64,000 nucleotides of DNA from Candidatus Methylomirabilales bacterium (lineage in GTDB: Bacteria; Methylomirabilota; Methylomirabilia; Methylomirabilales; CSP1-5): the NCBI GenBank assembly GCA_046758505.1, contig JBHIAH010000003.1:32001-96000 (forward strand). The letters run 5' to 3'. Shown here in pieces: positions 20,032-30,550 of this stretch. How positions within the stretch are numbered: position 1 is the first letter of the stretch; each line of letters starts with the position of its first letter. Below the pieces are notes generated by a model that worked only from the letters and a program-made list of their open reading frames with translations, did not search any database and was not told where the DNA came from. The translations under genes were made by a program, and so were the position numbers.

Positions 20032-20445
20032 CTACGGCGTTCGCCCCTCGTGATCCCTCACGGCCGGGGAGACGTACGTGCGGCCTTGGAGGACCTCGCG
20101 GACCGCCGGGATCAAATCGGTAGCCACGGACCGCTTGAGGACAAAACCCACAGCGCCTGAGGCCAGGGCCTCCTTCACTACCGCCGGTTCGTCATAAACG
20201 CTCAGCAGGATGACTTTGAGTTCTGGGTTGCGGCTCTTGAGGCGACGCGCAATGTTGCCATCCTTGGAGACCGGGAGTGAGAGATCCACCACGGCGAGGC
20301 CCGGATTGAACATATCTACGGACTCAAACAGCGATTCGTCGTCGGTGACCATCACCACCACCGGAAACATGGTTTCCAATAGATCCCTGATCCCTTCGAG
20401 CATGTTCCGGTGGCGATCTGCGACGAGCACGCGGCCCGGTTTCAT
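20032..20445 (-). CDS. Receiver-only NarL-type response regulator
   Basis: VLVADRH, AVVDLSLP, GFVLKRS, TYVSP; no HTH. Confidence 0.85.
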   Translation of the reverse strand: MKPGRVLVADRHRNMLEGIRDLLETMFPVVVMVTDDESLFESVDMFNPGLAVVDLSLPVSKDGNIARRLKSRNPELKVILLSVYDEPAVVKEALASGAVGFVLKRSVATDLIPAVREVLQGRTYVSPAVRDHEGRTP

Positions 20446-20494
20446 CGTTGTCCCCGTTTTTTTTGATCGGGCGTCGGACAGACCCAGGGTGACG

Positions 20495-20680
20495 TCACCG
20501 AAGCGCCGTGGCCCGTCGGGATGAACTCGCGAAGGCGTGATGCTTAGGAGTTCCCTCGCGCGGCAAGTTCCGCCTCCGCTTACACCGAGGACAGATCCAC
20601 ACCGGTACTATGGTTCGGGAATGCGGGCCGAGGACCATGTAGGTCCGCCGGCATCGCGAACAGCTTGCCAAAAGAGGCAT
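20495..20680 (-). CDS. Small CxxC...CxxC zinc-ribbon protein
   Basis: ATG 20680 with GGGAGGGGG RBS: MPLLASCSRCRRTY...WICPRCKR. Confidence 0.5.
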   Translation of the reverse strand: MPLLASCSRCRRTYMVLGPHSRTIVPVWICPRCKRRRNLPREGTPKHHAFASSSRRATALR

Positions 20681-21301
20681 CCGTTCCCCCCTCCCTTCTC
20701 TGGATGACAACGACCAACGGGCAATATCATGGTCTCCCAGGGGGTCCCCAACCCTGCGACTCCTCGAAGCCGGACATCGGGGCGGGGTGCAATAGGACGA
20801 TACGCAAGAGGGACGCCCCTCACAACTCGTGAATGTACGGGTTTTTTGAAGATTATTTACGAGGTCCCAGACCATCCCGGAAGGTCGGAGCGTCCTCGGA
20901 GGCGATTGTAATGTAATCGGTAAGAATCCTGCGTGGCTGACCGTACAACGGTTCAGCCGCCTGCCTGAAGGTACAAGTCCTCCGCCACTTGACAACTGGA
21001 TTGGCCTCTGGTAATGAATCTCCCGCCGGATGCCGCCCCTACGAGACATTGGCAGTCAGAGAACGCCCATACAGAGGTCGGTCGCGGAGAGGTGACAACT
21101 TCTCGCCGCTCTCCCACGGCGTGGGGACCGGTTTCCTCGGAATCGGGGTCGCGCTTCCCATTGTGACCGGATGTGTGGGCTCGCCGCTCGGGCATCGGTG
21201 TGTAAATACATCCAGCCAAGGGTTCCGGTCCGGCGAAGGGTCTGTGGAGCCGACCGGGCGTTGCGTTCGTTTGTGGACCGCGCCCTCTATGCGAGGAGCG
21301 A

Positions 21302-22147
21302 ATGATGCATTTAAGGTTCGATCCTGTCGCCCGGGTCGACAATATCAGTCGGGCTGACTTCCAGCGCGGATTCCTCGAGCCCCATCGTCCGGTGGTCATC
21401 AGGGATCTCGCCGCGTCATGGCCCGCCCTGAAAAAATGGTCCCCCCACTATTTCAAAGAACAATACGGCCAGACACGGGTCAGGGTGTACGATGCCAGCT
21501 TTATAGAACCGGGCCAAACTTACATGTCCAATGTGCAATACCTCTCGCTCGAACATTATCTCGATCTCGTCCTCACCACATCCATGGACCTGCGGATGTT
21601 TTTGTACAACATTATGAGTGAGATTCCAGAACTCAAGGACGACATCATTTTCCCTCCGATTGCAACGGGCTTTTCCAGGAGATTCATCTTCATGTTCTTC
21701 GGCTGTCGGGGATCAGTCACGCCCATGCATTATGACATCGACATGGCCCATGTATTTCACACGCCGATCTACGGGAAGAAAAGGGTGATGCTCTTCCCGC
21801 ATGGCGAATCGAAAAATCTGTACCGGCATCCGTTCACCACACGCAGTTACGTCGACGTGGATAAGCCCGATTTTCACACATTCCCGAGATTGAAAAATGT
21901 CAAGGGCTCGCAGGTCCTCCTGGAACCTGGCGAAACGCTATTCATCCCGAGTGGCTACTGGCATCACATCGTGTACGAAGAAGGGGGGTACGCGGTATCC
22001 CTGCGCTCTCCTCACCAGTCCCTGGCAAAGCGGATGGAAGGCGTCTTGAATCTTGGCGTCATGTCCCCGATCGACAGAATCATGAACACGATCCTCTCCG
22101 ACGCGTGGTTTCGTTGGAAGGAGCGAAAAGCTCGCGAAGCAGCCTGA
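21302..22147 (+). CDS. JmjC/cupin-like Fe(II)/2OG oxygenase
   Basis: PVVIRDLAASWPALKKW, TPMHYD, GKKRV, LEPGETLFIPSGYWHH. Confidence 0.9.
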   Translation: MMHLRFDPVARVDNISRADFQRGFLEPHRPVVIRDLAASWPALKKWSPHYFKEQYGQTRVRVYDASFIEPGQTYMSNVQYLSLEHYLDLVLTTSMDLRMFLYNIMSEIPELKDDIIFPPIATGFSRRFIFMFFGCRGSVTPMHYDIDMAHVFHTPIYGKKRVMLFPHGESKNLYRHPFTTRSYVDVDKPDFHTFPRLKNVKGSQVLLEPGETLFIPSGYWHHIVYEEGGYAVSLRSPHQSLAKRMEGVLNLGVMSPIDRIMNTILSDAWFRWKERKAREAA

Positions 22148-22416
22148 AGATCACCCGTCCACCACCCCCGGGTGCCAGATCCCTACCGATCTCTGAACAC
22201 CTCGTAAATTTTACATAGAATGCCCGTAATGGTGCGGGTTACCGCTGTTCCCCCCCTGCACTAGGGGCACCAGGCGTCTGCCCCGAGAAGTGGGCCATGG
22301 TTACGATCCCGGAGACCTCAGACGCCCAGAGAACTGATGTCTCGCGGTTTTCTCACCAAGTCCGGCCATTCCCCCTATCGGCAAGTAGGCGAAAACGTGC
22401 TTGTTCGACAGCCCCT

Positions 22417-22432
22417 TGGCACGAAACTCGCA
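22417..22432 (+). promoter_or_regulatory. Possible sigma54 promoter
   Basis: TGGCAC-N5-TCGCA (one mismatch to TTGC) upstream of the hydrolase. Confidence 0.35.
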
Positions 22433-22602
22433 CTTTACCAGGGCACGTTCCGACGTCTCGTATCCAAAACAGACTGGCACTACCATACGTCCTGCCCGTC
22501 CACCAGACCAGCCCCCCTCAAACGGTGTGGGCAGGGATAGGGCAAGGACACGGGTCTCTTGATAGAACATCACCGGCGGCATCTCGATCGGGGAGCTGTT
22601 CG

Positions 22603-23418
22603 ATGAAGAAGACGAAAGGCGAGATCAATGAGGGCCGCTTCACGGTCCCGTATAGAATCTATGGGGACGCCGAGAAGAGCATCGTCTGTGTCAGTGGCGC
22701 CCAGCAAACCATGGCCATATGGCGGTCCTTCGTATTACACTTCTCCAGGGACTATCGTGTCGTCGTTTTCGATCCTCCGGGGCAGGGGCACGCACGGATT
22801 CTGTCCGGCCCCACCGCTATATCTTTAGACGAACAGGTCGAGGTGCTCCGTAAGATCGTGTTCGCAACGCATCGTGATGATCCGGTGATCCTCGCGGCGG
22901 CTTCCTGGGGAACCATTGTGGCGGCCGGGTTTACGGCGCGATACCCTGGGATGGTCCGCAAACTTCTGCTCGGCAGCTTCGGGATCAAACCGAATAAGAA
23001 GATGCTCGATATCATCAAAGAAGGGCAAACGTTGCATGAACAGAAGCGAGGTCATCAGATCGCTCAATTGATTGTAGAAAATTTCGGACACCGATTGAAT
23101 GATACTTACAAGAACAGAATACTTGACCAGTTCCTCCGCATGGACCAGGAGCAGTTTGGGTCATTTTACGCAATGTCTGAGCTCATAGAAAATGCAAGGG
23201 ACATCAACGATCACGTGCCATTACACAATATTACAGCACAGACCTTGGTCATCAACGGTGAATACGATGACATTATTGATCTGGAGGATGCTGACATTGT
23301 GGCCACTCGCATCCCCGATTGCGAAGTCAGAATTGTGCAAGGGGCCGGACATTTTTTACATCATGAACGCGAACGGGACGACATTCTGCAGATGTACGGT
23401 GAGTTCTTTTCTCGATGA
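22603..23418 (+). CDS. Alpha/beta hydrolase resembling RhlA/PhaG acyltransferases
   Basis: ASWG nucleophile elbow, FDPPGQG, INGEYD, GAGHFL. Confidence 0.8.
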   Translation: MKKTKGEINEGRFTVPYRIYGDAEKSIVCVSGAQQTMAIWRSFVLHFSRDYRVVVFDPPGQGHARILSGPTAISLDEQVEVLRKIVFATHRDDPVILAAASWGTIVAAGFTARYPGMVRKLLLGSFGIKPNKKMLDIIKEGQTLHEQKRGHQIAQLIVENFGHRLNDTYKNRILDQFLRMDQEQFGSFYAMSELIENARDINDHVPLHNITAQTLVINGEYDDIIDLEDADIVATRIPDCEVRIVQGAGHFLHHERERDDILQMYGEFFSR

Positions 23419-23491
23419 CGCTCCCCGTTGCGGGAGGTGGTGCGGCGTGTCGTGCCCCAACATGTGACCGAGCCGGGCAGCGACGGGGCCG

Positions 23492-24133
23492 TCACACCGA
23501 GGAGATACCGTGCTTGGCTGCAAACTGGATCAATTCCGCATTCGTGCGCAGTCCGAGATCTTCCATCATGCGGTACTTGTGAAATTCCACCGTCCTGGGA
23601 GATATATTCAGATGAGAGGCGATTTCCTTTGCGGACCAACCTTCGGCGATCAACTGGAGCACCTCGCGCTGCCGAAGTGTCAGTTTGTGAAGGGGATCGT
23701 CGCGTTGGCGGGATCGATCCATGAAAGACTGGAGCACATCTTTCGCAATCATGGGGGTCACATACGTCCGGCCCCTCAGGGCTTCACGAATCGCCGCGAT
23801 CAGTTCGGAGGGTGCCGAGTGTTTCAAGACGTAACCCGATGCGCCGGCTTCAAAGGCCCGCGTCGCATACGTCACATCAGGGTGCATGGTTAAAAAGATG
23901 ACCTTCGCCCGCGAGTCGGCCTTCTTGAGTTGTCGGGCGGCTTCGATGCCGTTGAGCAACGGCATGGAAATGTCCGCCACGATCACATCCGGATCCAGCT
24001 CCTTTGCCGCCCCCACCAGCGCCCGGCCGTCTTCTACGGTCCCTACGAGCTCGAACTCCGGTTCCAGAAGACTTCGGAGTCCCTCGACGACGATCCTGTG
24101 ATCATCGGCCAGAAGCACGCGCGGCCGTTTCAT
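23492..24133 (-). CDS. NarL/FixJ-family response regulator
   Basis: LLADDH, ADISMP, LuxR HTH. Confidence 0.95.
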   Translation of the reverse strand: MKRPRVLLADDHRIVVEGLRSLLEPEFELVGTVEDGRALVGAAKELDPDVIVADISMPLLNGIEAARQLKKADSRAKVIFLTMHPDVTYATRAFEAGASGYVLKHSAPSELIAAIREALRGRTYVTPMIAKDVLQSFMDRSRQRDDPLHKLTLRQREVLQLIAEGWSAKEIASHLNISPRTVEFHKYRMMEDLGLRTNAELIQFAAKHGISSV

Positions 24134-26145
24134 ACCTCCCTCCTCGTCAAAGGTACGCGGACCTCGATCGCTGTCCCTTGTCCCGGCCGAGACTGCACGA
24201 ACAGTTCGCCCTCAACCAGCCGGGCTCGCTCTTCCATGCTGGCCAAGCCCAGCCCCGCTTTCCCGCGCACGTGCGCGGGATCGAACCCGACGCCAGCATC
24301 CTCGATGGAGAGAAGGATATCGCTGCCGTTTCCCGCCAGGCTGATATGAGCCTTCTTCGTTTGAGCATGTTTTGCGATGTTCCTCAGACCTTCTTGTGCA
24401 ATGCGATATAAACAGAGGGCCACATCCCGGGGAAGGCCCGGGGGGACATCCTGTGGCTCATACTTGACCGAGATACCTTCCCGCTGCGAAAAGCTGCTGC
24501 ACTCGGCCTCGATCGCGTTGACCAATCCCAGATCATCGAGGATCGAGGGGTGAAGCTGGCGAGAGATGACATGGACATCCGCAGATAGCTTCACCACTTG
24601 CTCTTTCATTTTCCGAAGCTTCCCAACGATGGGATCTCCTGATGACTCCAGATGTTGTTCGAGCTTCCCGGCTTCGATGGCAAGCACGGCCAATCTTTGG
24701 GTCAAATCGTCGTGGAGCTCGCGGGCCAACCGCCGACGCTCCTCTTCCTGGGCGGACAGCAGTTTCCCCGTGAGCATGTGGAGACCCTTTTCGCTCTTTC
24801 GAAGGGCCGCCTCGCTCTCCCGGAGCGCCTCGTCAGCCCGCTTGCGCTCGGTGATGTCCCGCCAGACCGACCGGCTTTGGACAATCCTCCCTTCCTCGTC
24901 CCGGACCGCAGAGACGCTCAAGCTCACTCCAAGCTTACTCCCATCTTTCCGTCTCAATTGAAGTTCCCTGTCACGCACCTCCCCGGCCTCCTGGAATTCC
25001 TGGAATGTTTCCTTTGCGTCCTCCAGGCAATCGAGGTGGTACATCTCAAAGATGTGGCGACTGAGAATCTCTTCCTTCGCGTATCCCGTCTTGGCCACCA
25101 ACATCCGGTTGCACCGCGCGATTGCCCCCGTTGCTGCATCCACCGAACAAAACATGTCTGGCGCGTTCTCGTAAAGATCTCGATATTGTTCTTCGGACAC
25201 CCGCAGTGCCTGCTCCGCCCGCTTGCGATGCACAATTTCAGCCTCAAGGTCTCGACTGGTTTCTGTGAGTTCCTGGGTGCGAAACTCCACTTCTCGGCGA
25301 AGGACGGCCGGCTGTCGGACGAGGTAATAGATGAGACCCGCAACCGCACTGCTCGCCAGGACCACCAGGACGATCTCTCCCGGCAGCGACGATGAGTAGG
25401 GCCATCCGCCCCGGGGCGCGACCGCCAACGTCCATCTTCCATTCGGTACTTCGATCTCAAACGGAATGGCGTCCCGGAGGTCCGCCTTGGCCGACCGCGC
25501 AAATACGACCCGCGCTCTTCTGTCCGGGTCAATGCGCGAGAGTTCATAGTCGTAGCCCCGCTCAACCAGGCGGTTCAGCTTGCTTACCTCAAGCAAGTCG
25601 GCCAGGTGAATCAGGGCGATCGTGAAGCCCCAGAATCGGTCGCCCCCAGTTTCATCGGGGACAAAAACTGGCAAGCGGCCGATGACAGCCACGCCACCCT
25701 GAATCAAGGTGAATGGTCCGGCCAGCGTCAATGTGCGCGATTCAATCGCCTTCCAGGCCTCGGTCCGCCGCCGGGGGTCGTTCAAGAGGTCATGGCCGAT
25801 CGCCGCTTCGTTGCCCGCCAACGGATATATCTGCGTGACCACGCTGTTGGGTGCCAGCTGTAAGCTATTGATCCCTCCATAGCTTTTGATGATCTCGGCC
25901 GCGAGGGCGTCGAAGTTATCGATCCTTCCGCTCTGGTGCACAATCGAGGCGAGGGCAAACGTCGATGACAGCGAGCGGTCGAGTTGCCGCTCCAGCAGAT
26001 GGGCGTGGGCACTGCCGATCTCCCTGGTCATGTGGTGGTATGCATCGGCATGGCGACGCTCGGCGACATTGGTAAAGGCGCCTCCGGCCGCCAGTACCAC
26101 GAAAAACGCGATGGCCGACAGAAATACCGGGTGAAGTTTAGTCAC
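24130..26145 (-). CDS. CHASE-PAS sensor histidine kinase (HisKA_3)
   Basis: 2 TM flanking CHASE (GNEAAIGHDL...LAGPFTLIQGG), PAS, EERRRLARELHD, EDAGVGF, GLGLASMEER. Confidence 0.92.
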   Translation of the reverse strand: MTKLHPVFLSAIAFFVVLAAGGAFTNVAERRHADAYHHMTREIGSAHAHLLERQLDRSLSSTFALASIVHQSGRIDNFDALAAEIIKSYGGINSLQLAPNSVVTQIYPLAGNEAAIGHDLLNDPRRRTEAWKAIESRTLTLAGPFTLIQGGVAVIGRLPVFVPDETGGDRFWGFTIALIHLADLLEVSKLNRLVERGYDYELSRIDPDRRARVVFARSAKADLRDAIPFEIEVPNGRWTLAVAPRGGWPYSSSLPGEIVLVVLASSAVAGLIYYLVRQPAVLRREVEFRTQELTETSRDLEAEIVHRKRAEQALRVSEEQYRDLYENAPDMFCSVDAATGAIARCNRMLVAKTGYAKEEILSRHIFEMYHLDCLEDAKETFQEFQEAGEVRDRELQLRRKDGSKLGVSLSVSAVRDEEGRIVQSRSVWRDITERKRADEALRESEAALRKSEKGLHMLTGKLLSAQEEERRRLARELHDDLTQRLAVLAIEAGKLEQHLESSGDPIVGKLRKMKEQVVKLSADVHVISRQLHPSILDDLGLVNAIEAECSSFSQREGISVKYEPQDVPPGLPRDVALCLYRIAQEGLRNIAKHAQTKKAHISLAGNGSDILLSIEDAGVGFDPAHVRGKAGLGLASMEERARLVEGELFVQSRPGQGTAIEVRVPLTRREV

Positions 26146-26338
26146 AATGAAGGTCCGGTCAGACGTTGGCTTGGTATCCCACGTCCTCGGTACTCGATCC
26201 GGGCCCGCCGCGTCCCATACATCCGGACGGCGCGCCCTGGATCGACGACGACTTTTGCATACCCCCCCTTTCCGGGAGGAGATTCAGTATGCCCGGCGGG
26301 GCAACGAGTGTCAAGGCATGTCCCCATTCGTGTTGAGC

Positions 26339-26743
26339 TCATCTGCCGGAGCGCCTTCGACCTAGGAAAATTCCCAGGAACAACCCGATGATCAAGGCCC
26401 CGGCCCATTTCCTCTCGTCCCCAATCGCTACGAACCGGGTGCCTTCCGACGTCACCTCCACGACCCCGACGGGGCTGGCGGTCAACCCTGCCCCTCCGCC
26501 CTCCTCAGCCCCCTCGTTCTGTGCCTTGCTTTCACCCTTCTTCTTTTTGTTTCTGGAACACCCACAGAAGCCATACGCCACGCGAGCCACAGGAACAATG
26601 GTCTTGCCCTCAGCCACCATGGGTTCTCCATACACGGTCTTGACATTGGCACTCTTCTGCAAACGCTCCCCGAGGGACTGGAAAAACTGTTGGATGCTCA
26701 CGACATCGCTCCTCATGACAGAAGGTTTTGCCAGCACGCTCAT
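26339..26743 (-). CDS. GerW/YtfJ-family protein
   Basis: VKTVYGEP, TIVPVARVAYGF, GGGAG...PVGVVEV. Confidence 0.8.
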   Translation of the reverse strand: MSVLAKPSVMRSDVVSIQQFFQSLGERLQKSANVKTVYGEPMVAEGKTIVPVARVAYGFCGCSRNKKKKGESKAQNEGAEEGGGAGLTASPVGVVEVTSEGTRFVAIGDERKWAGALIIGLFLGIFLGRRRSGR

Positions 26744-26946
26744 GGCTCCTCATTGCAGAACCCCTGATCGGGCGGGCGTCCGTTTCTCAGGGGATTCTTC
26801 GGGAGATTTTCCGCCGCTCCCGAAAGCCATGCCCGTCCTCCCCCCTCGCGATCCTCAACCCGCCTTTCCCCGGTGTCTCCGTGGGGCGGCCATTATACAC
26901 CAAGACCCCGCTATTCTTCTCAGGTCCCCCACGGCGCCCACTGTCG

Positions 26947-28326
26947 CTAGGCAGAGCGCGGATCCAGCGTCACCAAGACACCATGCCGCGGCCGGAGGGC
27001 GATCATCGGGTGCGGCTCGACCGGGTGGCCAGGGACGGGGGCCAGCCGGTAAATCTGAGCCACCATCGCCACAATCAGCTGGGCTTCCATCAGGGCAAAG
27101 TGCATGCCCATGCACATGCGCGGCCCGCCCCCAAAGGGAAAATAGGCGTACCGCGGGCGCGACGCGACCCGCTCTGGCGTAAAGCGCTCCGGGTCGAAGG
27201 CCTCGGGATCCTCCCAGAAGGCCGGGTGGCGGTGCATCACATACGGGCTGAGCAGGACCACGGAGTCTGCGGGGATATGATAGCCGCCGATCTCATCATC
27301 TTCGATCGGGCTGCGCGCGGTGAGCCAAGTCGGGGGGTAGAGCCGCATCGCCTCCTCGATCACCATCCGGACGTACGGAAGGTGGGCAAGGTCGTGAAAG
27401 GCCGGGGCCCCCCCGCCCAGGACCGCGGCGAGTTTCCCGTGAAGCCGGCGTTGCATGTGGGGGTACATGGTAAGCAAGTGCCAGGTCCACGCCAGCGCAT
27501 TGGCCGTCGGTTCGTGTCCAGCGATAAAGAGTGTCATCACCTGGTCACGGACTTCCGCATCGCTCAGCCCCTCACCCGTCTCCGCGTCGCGCGCGGACAG
27601 CAGCATGGAAAGGAGGTCGCCGGTCTCGTGCGCGCTTTTGCGGCGGGCGGCGATCATGCGGTACGCGATCCGGTCCAGGGTGCGCAGGGCATGCCGAAAC
27701 TGCCGGTTGCGGGGCGTGGGCATGTGCTCGCCCAGATCGCAAAAGGCCCATGCCCGATCGTTGACATACTCCAGGGCAATTGTCAGGGCGCGGCGCACCG
27801 CGTCCACCTCCCCCTCTACGTCGGTACTGAAGAGCGTTTTGACGGCGATGCCCTGGGTTAGACGCATCATCTCAGCCGCAATATCGAGCGCCTCGCCCCG
27901 CGCCGCGACGGCCCGCCAACGCTCCAGCATCGTCGCCGTGGCGTCGGTCATAACCCGAGCCAGCGCCGCGATCCGCTGCGGAGAAAAGGCCGGTTCCATC
28001 AGGTGCCGTTGGCGACGCCAGAGGTCGCCCTCGCTCACGGTCACCCCCTCGCCGAAGAGGACCTTGACCTTTTCGACGCGCGTCGGTTTGCGGTAGTTGC
28101 GGTAATGGTCCTGCAGAACGTATTTCACGTGGTCGGGGTGGTTTAGCAGGTAGACCCGGTGAAACCCCAGACGCAGGGAGACCACATCGCCATACTGCCG
28201 CGCAGCACCGAGGAAGAACTCGAGCGGGTTCTTCCACGCCTGGGGCAGCACACCCAGAAGGGGGAAGCCGCGGGGGCCGGGGGCAGCCTTGAGCGCGGGG
28301 ACACCGGGTGAGAGAACGCTGCTCAT
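26947..28326 (-). CDS. Cytochrome P450
   Basis: AGHEPT, EAMRLYPP, PERF, FGGGPRMCMG. Confidence 0.96.
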   Translation of the reverse strand: MSSVLSPGVPALKAAPGPRGFPLLGVLPQAWKNPLEFFLGAARQYGDVVSLRLGFHRVYLLNHPDHVKYVLQDHYRNYRKPTRVEKVKVLFGEGVTVSEGDLWRRQRHLMEPAFSPQRIAALARVMTDATATMLERWRAVAARGEALDIAAEMMRLTQGIAVKTLFSTDVEGEVDAVRRALTIALEYVNDRAWAFCDLGEHMPTPRNRQFRHALRTLDRIAYRMIAARRKSAHETGDLLSMLLSARDAETGEGLSDAEVRDQVMTLFIAGHEPTANALAWTWHLLTMYPHMQRRLHGKLAAVLGGGAPAFHDLAHLPYVRMVIEEAMRLYPPTWLTARSPIEDDEIGGYHIPADSVVLLSPYVMHRHPAFWEDPEAFDPERFTPERVASRPRYAYFPFGGGPRMCMGMHFALMEAQLIVAMVAQIYRLAPVPGHPVEPHPMIALRPRHGVLVTLDPRSA

Positions 28327-28355
28327 TATCTTCTCTCTACTCTATCCGGCAAACG

Positions 28356-29219
28356 CTACGTTCTATCCAGAGCCATCTCGATCCGCGCGTGGTGGGCACG
28401 GATCGGATCAAGGAATCCCACCCTTGCCGGATCGTTGGTACGGAGCCTCAGGGCATACGGGCCCTCTCCCCGGTCGTTCAGGGCGTCACAAAGAGGACCC
28501 CCTTTCCCCGGCGGCTCGGCCAGGGAAAGGGAGGTAGAGCCGAGGACAAAGTCCACCGTGGGCACGTCCCGCCATCGCGGGGCAGCGTCCCGCGAAGGGC
28601 CCACACCGAGCAGCGTGTGATACCGGGATACACTGATATCACGGTTAACCACCAGTACTAAGACGTCTGTAATCCCCGTCACGCCGCTCCCGTGCCGCCG
28701 GGCGGCGCCACCGGGGACACGCAACGACCTCGGCGTCACATCGGCACACAGAAAGGGCAGATCGTAGGTGTCGGGAATGCCGAACTGCCAGGAGACCTGC
28801 TGCCCATCCGGCCGCGATCGGCCTCCGGACAGGGGGCCCTCAACGGCAAGCCCGCGACCCCGCGCTTCGGCGACCGCCGCCTCGATCGCCGACGGGAGCA
28901 GCGCAAAGTCCACCAACCCCTCCCCGGCACTTTGCCACGGTCGCACGCGGCGCTCGGCGGGTGACACCGGAAGGGTGCTTAATTCATGCGCGCGGATCTG
29001 TTTCGGGACTCTGCGATCCGGAGAGGCGGGCCGGTCTGTGAAGGCGATCAACTCCAGGTAGCTACCGTCCGCAAAGGCGATCAGTGCGTTATGGCTTCCC
29101 CGGCCCGTATGCTCACCCCCCGCGACGACGGAAAAGCCGAGACCAGCGTAGTCCTCGGTCGCGACGGCAAGGTCGTCAACCAGGATGACGACATGGTCGA
29201 GGCGAAACGTGACTCCCAT
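28356..29219 (-). CDS. VOC/glyoxalase-like (Glyoxalase_3) protein
   Basis: LDHVVILV, GGEH...SHNALIAFADGSYLELI, GRSRPDG, LPFLCADVTPR. Confidence 0.88.
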   Translation of the reverse strand: MGVTFRLDHVVILVDDLAVATEDYAGLGFSVVAGGEHTGRGSHNALIAFADGSYLELIAFTDRPASPDRRVPKQIRAHELSTLPVSPAERRVRPWQSAGEGLVDFALLPSAIEAAVAEARGRGLAVEGPLSGGRSRPDGQQVSWQFGIPDTYDLPFLCADVTPRSLRVPGGAARRHGSGVTGITDVLVLVVNRDISVSRYHTLLGVGPSRDAAPRWRDVPTVDFVLGSTSLSLAEPPGKGGPLCDALNDRGEGPYALRLRTNDPARVGFLDPIRAHHARIEMALDRT

Positions 29220-29342
29220 TCCAGCTCACATGCGTTTGCGTTGCAGGTTACAGATTGGCACCGATGCCGGAACCCTCGCCGCTCACGTGCCGCCCCGGCG
29301 ATGCGGACCGTCTGGCCCAAAGGCGAGCCTCGCTGGTTCGGC

Positions 29343-30350
29343 TCACTTTCGCAAACGATCGACCGTCACCGCGTTGGGGCACGCACGCCCCTGTTCACAG
29401 TCACTCAGATTGGCGAGGGTCGTCTCGGCAATACTTCGAAGGGCCTGTTCCGTAAAAAAGGCCTGATGGCCGGTGATAATGACGTTTGGAAAGGTGAGCA
29501 GGCGCGCAAAGACATCATCCTGGATCACCCGACCGGACAGATCCTCGAAGAACAGATCCGCTTCTTCCTCGTAGACGTCCAGACCAAGATACCCGATTTG
29601 CCCCGACTTCAGGGCGTCAATGACCGCCCCAGTGTCAATGACGGCGCCGCGGCTCGTATTGATCAACATGACGCCGGGTTTCATCTGGCCCAGCACTGCA
29701 GGATTGATCAGATGATGCGTGTCAGGCGTCAGCGGGCAGTGCAGGGTCACGATATCCGATCTGGCGAGAAGCTCCGAGAGCGACACGTAATGCACGCCCA
29801 GCGCCTCACACTCGGGATTGCGGAAGGGATCGTGCGCCTGCAACTGACACCCAAATCCTTTCATGATTCGCGCAATGACGGCGCCGATCTTCCCCGTGCC
29901 CACGATTCCGACCGTCCGGCCGCAGAGGTCGAATCCCAGGAGCCCCTCGAGGGCAAAGTTGCCTTCTCGAACCCGGGCATGGGCTCGATGAATCTTTCGG
30001 TTAAGCGCCAGGATCAAGGCCACCGCGTGTTCGGCCACCGCGTGGGGTGAATAGGCGGGGACGCGCACAACGCTCAGTCCCAGGTCGGCGGCGGCTGCCA
30101 GATCCACGTTATTGAATCCGGCACAGCGCAGGGCAATCACGCGAGTCCCCTGGCGGGCAAGCGCCCCCAACACGCTCGCATCCAGCCGATCGTTCACGAA
30201 CACGCACACCGCCGGGAATCCCGCCGCGAGCGTGCTCGTCTCGTGCGTCAGATGCGGCTCGAAAAAGACAAGGCCGTGGCCGTGTGCCGCATTGGCGGCC
30301 TCCAGAAAGGTTCGATCGTAGGGCTTCGTGCTAAAGACTGCGACCTTCAT
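29343..30350 (-). CDS. ldhA: D-lactate/2-hydroxyacid dehydrogenase
   Basis: [38 protein letters not shown]. Confidence 0.92.
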   Translation of the reverse strand: MKVAVFSTKPYDRTFLEAANAAHGHGLVFFEPHLTHETSTLAAGFPAVCVFVNDRLDASVLGALARQGTRVIALRCAGFNNVDLAAAADLGLSVVRVPAYSPHAVAEHAVALILALNRKIHRAHARVREGNFALEGLLGFDLCGRTVGIVGTGKIGAVIARIMKGFGCQLQAHDPFRNPECEALGVHYVSLSELLARSDIVTLHCPLTPDTHHLINPAVLGQMKPGVMLINTSRGAVIDTGAVIDALKSGQIGYLGLDVYEEEADLFFEDLSGRVIQDDVFARLLTFPNVIITGHQAFFTEQALRSIAETTLANLSDCEQGRACPNAVTVDRLRK

Positions 30351-30550
30351 AGCGTCTCCCGTATCCCCTCCCGCCCTACTTCGTCCAACGAGGGTAGCCC
30401 ATTCTCCGTTCCCCGGTCCGCCTGCAGCCATTCGACCCCTCGAATCGTTCAGCGCCACAAGGAATAATGGATCGCCGTTCCACTGCCGACTTTCTCCCTT
30501 CCCTGCCAGGTGTTCCGGATGCTCAGGAAAGGACGTGCCGGATCGTTCAC

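Noticed and set aside
20880..21300. Riboswitch upstream of the JmjC gene
   Set aside because: Long intergenic region, but no recognisable aptamer consensus
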